NCBI GenBank assembly: GCA_964648855.1
Contig: CAZYLT010000015.1
Location: forward strand, 28,682 to 60,681
Length of the DNA stretch: 32,000 nucleotides
Direction of reading: 5' to 3'
DNA from: an uncultured archaeon
GTDB lineage: Archaea; Asgardarchaeota; Thorarchaeia; Thorarchaeales; Thorarchaeaceae
Shown here: in pieces, positions 25,867-32,000 of the stretch
How the letters are laid out: each line of letters opens with the position of its first letter
Numbering within the stretch: the stretch's first letter is position 1
Translations under genes and position numbers: made by a program
The notes under the pieces: model-generated
Told to the model about the DNA's origin: nothing
Seen by the model: the letters and a program-made list of their open reading frames with translations, nothing else
The model's database searches: none

Positions 25867-26982
25867 CTATGGAGTGACTTCTATTGTGCCTTCTACTATC
25901 AAATCTTTATAGCCACTAATTGCTGCGATAGATGCCTTACTAATGTATGTGTTACTATACGTGAATTGAGTAATGTTTGCTCCACCATTGGAGAGGTCAT
26001 ATTCAAAGACCTCTCCACCAGGGAACCTATCCCAGAGCGTGGCATTCACAATTTCGTAAACCGCCCAATCGAAGTGTGGTACTACGCTAGTCGCAATATA
26101 CGAGGGTGCGGTGGGAATTTCTGGATCTGCCGTGCCATAGTAATCTAGGTTTGCTCCTGAAGCAATTACCAGTGGTAATCTGCCAGCGTTTCTTTGCTGA
26201 ATTGGAAATGCAGCTTCTGCACGAAACATAGCAGCTCGCACGCCAGGCATACTAGCTCGTACAGGTGCGAAAATCAAAGATATATTGTTCTGAACGAACA
26301 TCGTGTAAGTACGAGATTCCGCAGTACCAGTATCATTCCATGACCCCACATAGAGATTTTGTGTGATTCCTACATTCAAATCATAGGTTTCATTTGCTGC
26401 TTCCACACCCTGTATGAATCCAGCTACCAGATTGTCAGTAATTGGATCACCTACGACACCAGATAGAATTCCTATTTCCCCTGTGAAATTTGTGCTTCCA
26501 AAATATGGTTGCTCATTGGCCAAAAAGGCTGCTAAGACGCCGCCCAAAAAGGCAGCCTGCTCCGTAGCGAAAGTTGCTGATGCAACATTGTCCGCATTGA
26601 CTGCAGCGCCTAATATTGCAAATTGCTGGTCAGGGTACTGTGCTGCAACTGACTCTACAGCGGATTCCAAGTCAGAACCGATAGCCAAGATAAGCATGTA
26701 GTTCCCACTTTCTGCTAACTCTTCCATTAGTGTTTCTGCTTCAGCTACTGTAGAGGGTAATTCCTCAGGAATGTAATACTGCACTGTATAGTTTACAGAT
26801 ATATCGTCCATTCCTTGTCGGGCATTATCATCTCTATTCAAATCACCGAATCCAGGTTCTAGAGTCACAACTGCGATTCTTGGGGGCTCATACTGATTAG
26901 TGGTCAATAAAATGCCGCCCACTGCTCCAAAGACAATAACGATAATAACCAAGGACGTAATTATACCAGATTTTGAGCTCAA
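25867..26982 (-). CDS. BMP-family (PnrA/TmpC-like) ABC substrate-binding protein, membrane anchored
   Basis: N-terminal TM; GFGD, AAQYPDQQFA, NVASATFATEQAAFLGGVLAA, GFIQG, VGSWND, YDLSNGG. Start re-placed at TTG 26982 after GGAGG. Confidence 0.88.
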   Translation of the reverse strand: MSSKSGIITSLVIIVIVFGAVGGILLTTNQYEPPRIAVVTLEPGFGDLNRDDNARQGMDDISVNYTVQYYIPEELPSTVAEAETLMEELAESGNYMLILAIGSDLESAVESVAAQYPDQQFAILGAAVNADNVASATFATEQAAFLGGVLAAFLANEQPYFGSTNFTGEIGILSGVVGDPITDNLVAGFIQGVEAANETYDLNVGITQNLYVGSWNDTGTAESRTYTMFVQNNISLIFAPVRASMPGVRAAMFRAEAAFPIQQRNAGRLPLVIASGANLDYYGTADPEIPTAPSYIATSVVPHFDWAVYEIVNATLWDRFPGGEVFEYDLSNGGANITQFTYSNTYISKASIAAISGYKDLIVEGTIEVTP

Positions 26983-27166
26983 TGTGCTTCCTCCAGCGTC
27001 AATAATGGCATCTCGATGTCGCGCTGATTTAAACCTATTGGCTTGAGAAATCCAGTATGCCATGGTAGTATCATAAGCTTTCTCATAGCAAAAATTCTCT
27101 AAATCAAGAGCTATAAATACGGCGGAGTCTGATTACATATGCAACTAAGTATTGTAGGTGTTTGTA

Positions 27167-27883
27167 TTGATTGAAGATACACTGGGAGAGGTTACTAGTC
27201 TGCTCAAAGAGGCCCTTCAGTTACACCGAGCAATAAGGTGTGTAGTTCTTGCCACAAAAGAAGGAGTTGTGGTTGCTTCTGTTTCGCGAGATGAAGAAAA
27301 CGACCCTCGATTATTGTCAACGGTTTCAGCGGCACTTAGTTGGGCGGGATCTACAACCTTATCGCAGATTGGAAACAAGGTTCCTTCGTATCTTATTCAC
27401 TCAACCCCTGTCGAGAGAATACTCACATTTATCCAACCACATTACCACCTTGTGCTTGTTGTTTCACGGGCGGATGATTCAGGTTTTGTTATGAATCAAT
27501 TCAGAACGAGCTTTCAATCACTTTTGACTCGAATTGAAATTCTCATGGGCGCGCATAGCGAATTTGGTAAAGAAACAATTCTAGGCAGAATAGTAAAGTC
27601 AATACCCCAAATAAACCAAGCCATGGTATTGACACAGGAGGGGATGCCCCTTGGTTCAGTTGGATTTGATAATGATATTGAGGTCGCCGCTTTGGTCAGT
27701 TCAATATTCTCAAATGGGCTCACATTCTCTCCTCAGACGAATTACATTTCAATAAATGCCGAAGACATCAACTTGTTAGTCATGAGAATTGACGAAAAGC
27801 GACTTCTGGTTGCTGTATGCAAAGGACCCAGCCCAGAAATCTTATCCTCAAGAGTAAGGGATTTCGTCACCGAGATGATCTAG
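27167..27883 (+). CDS. Tandem (double) Roadblock/LC7-like protein
   Basis: Two repeats of the roadblock core: IRCVVLATKEGVVVAS...LLSTVSAALS and INQAMVLTQEGMPLGS...VAALVSSIF. TTG 27167 after AGGTG (alternative GTG 27158). Confidence 0.75.
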   Translation: MIEDTLGEVTSLLKEALQLHRAIRCVVLATKEGVVVASVSRDEENDPRLLSTVSAALSWAGSTTLSQIGNKVPSYLIHSTPVERILTFIQPHYHLVLVVSRADDSGFVMNQFRTSFQSLLTRIEILMGAHSEFGKETILGRIVKSIPQINQAMVLTQEGMPLGSVGFDNDIEVAALVSSIFSNGLTFSPQTNYISINAEDINLLVMRIDEKRLLVAVCKGPSPEILSSRVRDFVTEMI

Positions 27884-27885
27884 GC

Positions 27886-28587
27886 TCAGTCAGTGTCATC
27901 CGGTTCCGATTCTGATTCTTGTATATCTTCTTCGTCCGACAGGAAGTCAAGCTGCCAATCCTTCAGATTGATTCTAATGAAGCAGTCTCTACCCTTCTCA
28001 GGACAGTCTATCCTTATCAAAACCTGATCTTGGCTTGACTCACGAATCTGAGGATTCAAACAGCCCTCCTCCAGTTTTTCCATAAGAAATAACACATATG
28101 CCTCAGTTATTGTATTGAGGCTTCCCTCTAGGAGGTCCTCACCAAGTTCATCAAGGTAGTGCCTCTTCTTTCTTCCTTCTCTCTTTATTTTTACAAGGCC
28201 GACCTTTCGCATGCGAGATACGTGCCACCGAATCGTATCATGATGAACACCAAGAGCTTCTGCCATCTGTTCTTGGTAGCATCCGGGGTTGTTAACTACA
28301 AAGGAAAAAACCCTCTTGGCAGTATCACTGCGCATAGTCAGATACGCCTTCTCCGCTTGAGTGGAACGTAACATTTTTGGGTAGTAAATTCGTTTGCCAG
28401 CAAATTTCATGGAGTTAATCAAGCCCTCTCGCTCTAGAATCCTAAGATGCCATGTAAGAGTACCCAGAGGGCTTTCCAGAAGATCAACTAAGTTCAGAAG
28501 GTACGTCCCTGGGTTCTCACATAGAACCTGATATAATTCCCGTCTGAAGGGGTGTAGCAACATTGTTAGTCGCTTCTGCCGGCTCAT
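27886..28587 (-). CDS. Transcriptional regulator with two winged-HTH domains (ArsR-like, archaeal double-wHTH type)
   Basis: Repeated ENPG/NNPG, WHL..LEREGLI / WHV..MRKVGLV and G.R.YY / GRKKRHY; C-terminal domain with 3 Cys and an acidic tail. Confidence 0.85.
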   Translation of the reverse strand: MSRQKRLTMLLHPFRRELYQVLCENPGTYLLNLVDLLESPLGTLTWHLRILEREGLINSMKFAGKRIYYPKMLRSTQAEKAYLTMRSDTAKRVFSFVVNNPGCYQEQMAEALGVHHDTIRWHVSRMRKVGLVKIKREGRKKRHYLDELGEDLLEGSLNTITEAYVLFLMEKLEEGCLNPQIRESSQDQVLIRIDCPEKGRDCFIRINLKDWQLDFLSDEEDIQESESEPDDTD

Positions 28588-28737
28588 CAGCTTATCCTCG
28601 CTTCTCTCTCCAGCTCAGTTTTATCCTAACAGCGATAAAAGGGCTTCGAAAGCATTCCGAGCGCCCATTATAGGAGAAGTCTTATTACCGGACTGGTATG
28701 AACACAACACCCAAATGCTAAGAATCGAGGGAGCGCT

Positions 28738-30570
28738 GTGTGTGGCATAACAGGAATTGTCAGCCGAAATAGAACTGATATCGGTCGAATTCTAGTGGAA
28801 TGTAGTAGCAAGCTGACATACAGAGGCTATGATTCAGTTGGGGTCGCCACTGTTGTTAATGGACAAGTTCATCTTAGAAAAGATGTTGGCAAGATAGAGG
28901 ACGTAAATGAAGAGCTTGGATTATCCGAGATGAAGGGAAACAGAGGAATAGCTCAACTTCGATGGGCGACTTACGGAGCGCCCACAAAAGTCAATGCCCA
29001 ACCACACTTTGGGTGTACTCGAGATTTTTATGGTGCACACAACGGGAATCTACACAATTACTATGAGTACAGACAAGAGTTGATAGAGGCCGGTCACAAA
29101 GTCAGGTCAGAAAACGATGGGGAACTGTGTGTTCACGCAGTTGACAAATACTATGAGCAAAATGGTGACATGTTTGAGTCAGTCCGCCTATCTACGAGAG
29201 ATTTGCAGGGTGCATTTGCTTACGCAGTCGGAAGAGCTGATGAAAACAAAATCTACGCAGTAAAGATGGGTTCTTCTTTAGTAGCAGGGATAGCAGACAA
29301 CGAATCTATCGTTTCAAGTGACCTTCCATCAATACTTCCTTTGACCAAGAATGTGGTGTATCTTCAAGATGGAGAAATGGTAGAGCTTACGCCTGACTCT
29401 GTTCGTGTCTTTCGAGTAGAAGATGGAAAGGAGCTGCATCGCGAAGCAGAAATTACAAATGTTGATGCATCTGCAGCTGAAAAAGGCGGTTATCCCCATT
29501 TTATGCTAAAGGAAATCAATGAACAACCACAAGTGGCTGAAGATGTCCTTGGGATTCTTGAAGGCCCTGAATCAGACAAATGGATTCAAATGATTGAGGA
29601 CTCTAGCCGTCAATATCTTGTGGCCTGTGGTTCATCGTACAATGCGGGGATTGTTGGTTCGTACTATTTCAATCGACTCGCAGGAATTCCAATAATCCCA
29701 GCCATTGGAGGGCAATTTGAACCTCTATACGGAAAGACATTAGACGAAGATAGCTTGTGTATTCTAGTTTCCCAGAGCGGTGAAACAAAAGATATCATCA
29801 ACGTGCTCAATCATGTGAAAAATGATGAGCTAGGGAAAACTCTGGGAGTTCTAAATGTAATCGGTAGCACATTGATGTTCAATGCCGACGCGTATATTCC
29901 AATGGCGTGTGGTTACGAGGTCAGCGTTCCAGCCACAAAGACGTACTTCTCGCAGACAATTATCTTCGCGTATCTGGCAGCAAAACTGGGAATAAGAAAC
30001 GGGCACCTTGACCCAAAAGAAGGGGATGAATTCATCACCTCACTAAGAAATGAGCTCCCTCGGCTCACTCGAGATACAATGAATAAGACGGGCATACTTG
30101 CAAAGGAACTGGCGAGAACACTGATTGACGATCAGGACCTCTATTGCTTAGGTTATGGTCTAACAGATGGTGTTGCGCGTGAAGGCGCACTGAAAATCAA
30201 GGAAATCTGCTACAATCATTGTGAAGGAATGTACAGTTCAGAATTTAAGCATGGTCCACTCAGCATCGTTACGGATGGATATCCTGTAATTTTCGTGACT
30301 ACCACAGAGGATTCATGGATGATTATCAATCACGTGAATGAAGTCACTTGTAGAGGAGGGAGAGCGATAATTGTTGGAGAAAAGGAGGATAAGCTGCTAC
30401 CTTATGTTGATGACGAAGGAGATTATTTGGCAGTTCCAAAATCATCTTCACTTTTAAACCCGATAGTCGATGTGATTCCGCTTCAGCTCCTTAGCTATTA
30501 TCTGTCCGTCGATAAGGGGATTAATCCTGATTTGCCAAGGAATCTATCAAAGACGCTAACAGTGGATTGA
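28738..30570 (+). CDS. glmS: Glutamine--fructose-6-phosphate aminotransferase (isomerizing)
   Basis: N-terminal (M)CGI, YRGYDS, RWAT, NAQPH, HNG, EKGGYPHFMLKEI, SQSGET, VPATK, EGALKIKE, EFKHGP, PRNLSK. Confidence 0.95.
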   Translation: MCGITGIVSRNRTDIGRILVECSSKLTYRGYDSVGVATVVNGQVHLRKDVGKIEDVNEELGLSEMKGNRGIAQLRWATYGAPTKVNAQPHFGCTRDFYGAHNGNLHNYYEYRQELIEAGHKVRSENDGELCVHAVDKYYEQNGDMFESVRLSTRDLQGAFAYAVGRADENKIYAVKMGSSLVAGIADNESIVSSDLPSILPLTKNVVYLQDGEMVELTPDSVRVFRVEDGKELHREAEITNVDASAAEKGGYPHFMLKEINEQPQVAEDVLGILEGPESDKWIQMIEDSSRQYLVACGSSYNAGIVGSYYFNRLAGIPIIPAIGGQFEPLYGKTLDEDSLCILVSQSGETKDIINVLNHVKNDELGKTLGVLNVIGSTLMFNADAYIPMACGYEVSVPATKTYFSQTIIFAYLAAKLGIRNGHLDPKEGDEFITSLRNELPRLTRDTMNKTGILAKELARTLIDDQDLYCLGYGLTDGVAREGALKIKEICYNHCEGMYSSEFKHGPLSIVTDGYPVIFVTTTEDSWMIINHVNEVTCRGGRAIIVGEKEDKLLPYVDDEGDYLAVPKSSSLLNPIVDVIPLQLLSYYLSVDKGINPDLPRNLSKTLTVD

Positions 30571-30593
30571 TGATTCATATCAAGAACATGAGG

Positions 30594-31043
30594 CTACTCC
30601 TTTTCTCCCCCGGTTTCACCGATTCGCAAGGCTCTCATGGCAGAAGATGCGACGTTCGCTGAGTCAAAACCCTCCCTGATGTTAACAACTTCATCCTCAT
30701 CTATTTCAAATAGGCCGATGAGCTCGTTGAAATCTGCTAGAATCCATTGACCATATAGCGAAGTGCCCGTCTTTGTATCACATTCTAATAATCCCATTTG
30801 ACCTGCGCTTGACCACCAGCTGATGCAAGACTCTTGATTAATCACTCCGTCAAGCGACTTGAGCCATAGTTTTCTTAGACGGGTGGGTCCGTGTTTTTGC
30901 CTAAAGGTTACTAAAATGCTATTTTCCGAGTTGCCAATGAAGTCGCATATTCTCTGCATCTCTGATTCGGAAAACAGCCTCATCTTGAATCCAATTTTGG
31001 TGTGTGCTCCGATCCATAAAAGACGCTCGTTATGTATGTGCAA
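30594..31043 (-). CDS. Hypothetical protein (start 31043 or ATG 30983)
   Basis: The only long ORF filling the gap between glmS and the RimK gene; no motif recognised. Confidence 0.5.
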   Translation of the reverse strand: MHIHNERLLWIGAHTKIGFKMRLFSESEMQRICDFIGNSENSILVTFRQKHGPTRLRKLWLKSLDGVINQESCISWWSSAGQMGLLECDTKTGTSLYGQWILADFNELIGLFEIDEDEVVNIREGFDSANVASSAMRALRIGETGGEKE

Positions 31044-31091
31044 TGCGAATGGATATAATAAGGTGGCCTTCTTTCATCATCAGTATAGAAA

Positions 31092-31979
31092 ATGAACATC
31101 GGTTTATTCTCATCAGATCCTTGGTCCAGAAGGATGAATCGTCTAAAAGAGCTAATAGAAACCCGTGGCGAATCTGCGGTTCGAGTGATTCCATGGAAAG
31201 TATCTCGCGAAGGTGCAACAGATAAACATCGCATTATGCTAGGGAATAGTGACCTTTCAAAGCTTCACGCTCTTGTCGTGTTGGACCTCGGAGCCAACGA
31301 CATAGGTGCTTTCTTCAATAGAGTCGGTTTACTCTCTGCATTGACAGAGATGGGTGTAGAAGTGATTAACTCAGTTTCATCCATCCTACTGATGCGAAAC
31401 AAGTCCGAATCTATGAGAAAGCTCATTTCTGCAGGACTCCCAGTTCCTCGAACGCTAATCACAGAGTCTATTCAAACTGCCGCTGAATTTGTGCTTGAAA
31501 ATCATCCCTGTGTTTTGAAACCAATCACAGGATTTGGAGGATTGGGCGTTCAGCTCATCAATCAACCTTTCGACCTTGAAAATGTATACGACTATCTGAA
31601 ATTCCATTCACAGATATTCGGAAAAGGAGCATATATCCTTCAAGAGCTTATCGCGGGACCCGGCTTTGATATTCGAGCTCTCGTATTAGATGGTGAAGTG
31701 GTGGCTACCATGCAAAGATACTCTGACGAGGGATTTGTCACCAATATCCACTCAGGAGGTATGGCACGAGAGAACGATATTGATGTTTCCGAACTAGCAG
31801 TAGCCGCGGCGAAATCCGTATCAGGACGTATTGTTGGGGTGGATATTATCCCAGACAACAACGGTGATCTCTTCATTCTTGAAGTGAATGCAACTCCAGG
31901 ATGGAACGCACTACAACGAGTTTCGAATGTTGATGTTGGCGGTCTTATAGTTGAGAGTGTCCTAGAAATGGACCTGTGA
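31092..31979 (+). CDS. RimK/LysX/MptN-family ATP-grasp alpha-L-glutamate ligase
   Basis: RNK, GLPVPRT, VLKPITGFGGLGV, ILQELI, DIRALV, TNIHSGG, GVDII, LEVNATPGW. Confidence 0.92.
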   Translation: MNIGLFSSDPWSRRMNRLKELIETRGESAVRVIPWKVSREGATDKHRIMLGNSDLSKLHALVVLDLGANDIGAFFNRVGLLSALTEMGVEVINSVSSILLMRNKSESMRKLISAGLPVPRTLITESIQTAAEFVLENHPCVLKPITGFGGLGVQLINQPFDLENVYDYLKFHSQIFGKGAYILQELIAGPGFDIRALVLDGEVVATMQRYSDEGFVTNIHSGGMARENDIDVSELAVAAAKSVSGRIVGVDIIPDNNGDLFILEVNATPGWNALQRVSNVDVGGLIVESVLEMDL

Positions 31980-32000
31980 GCCATTTAATTGAGCTTCATG

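Noticed and set aside
26983-27063. N-terminal extension of the BMP protein (likewise 21843-21935 for CPBP and 25804-25860 for the HD protein)
   Set aside because: Better SD-supported or homology-consistent starts lie downstream; the extensions cover promoter or hairpin DNA.
28588-28737. glmS ribozyme
   Set aside because: The region is short, shared with a divergent gene, and I could not identify the conserved ribozyme core; the element is known from bacteria.
1-32000. tRNA, rRNA, CRISPR arrays, transposases or integrases
   Set aside because: No cloverleaf, repeat-spacer periodicity or recombinase motifs seen by eye; tRNAscan-SE and Infernal were not run.

Overview
A gene-dense archaeal chromosomal window, most likely from an Asgard archaeon (Thorarchaeia-like). 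This is inferred from the Roadblock/LC7 proteins, DUF99, a double-wHTH regulator, N-terminally anchored solute-binding proteins and strong GGAGG/GGTGA Shine-Dalgarno sites; no marker gene is present to confirm it. In order, the window holds: an Opp/Dpp ABC operon (oppB-C-D-F plus two small membrane ORFs) divergent from oppA; two divergent AOTCase/YgeW-type ('knotted') transcarbamylase paralogs flanking an acylphosphatase and a damaged zinc-ribbon gene; a penicillin-acylase-family Ntn hydrolase; flavodiiron protein FprA; a DUF2085 protein; a DegT aminotransferase; a SerB-like HAD phosphatase; an orphan ABC-2 permease; dodecin; a CPBP intramembrane protease head-to-head with a membrane-anchored subtilase; single and tandem Roadblock proteins; DUF99; an HD nucleotidase; a BMP binding protein; a wHTH regulator; glmS; and a RimK-like ligase. 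The most striking signal is the subtilase (21977-23971). Its catalytic domain and long C-terminal region align by eye, motif by motif, with eukaryotic Site-1 protease (MBTPS1/SKI-1), yet it has no prodomain, and it is paired with an intramembrane protease. This suggests a candidate Asgard two-step regulated-proteolysis module. Second is the twin-transcarbamylase/acylphosphatase cluster. No rRNA, tRNA, CRISPR array or mobile element was recognised.
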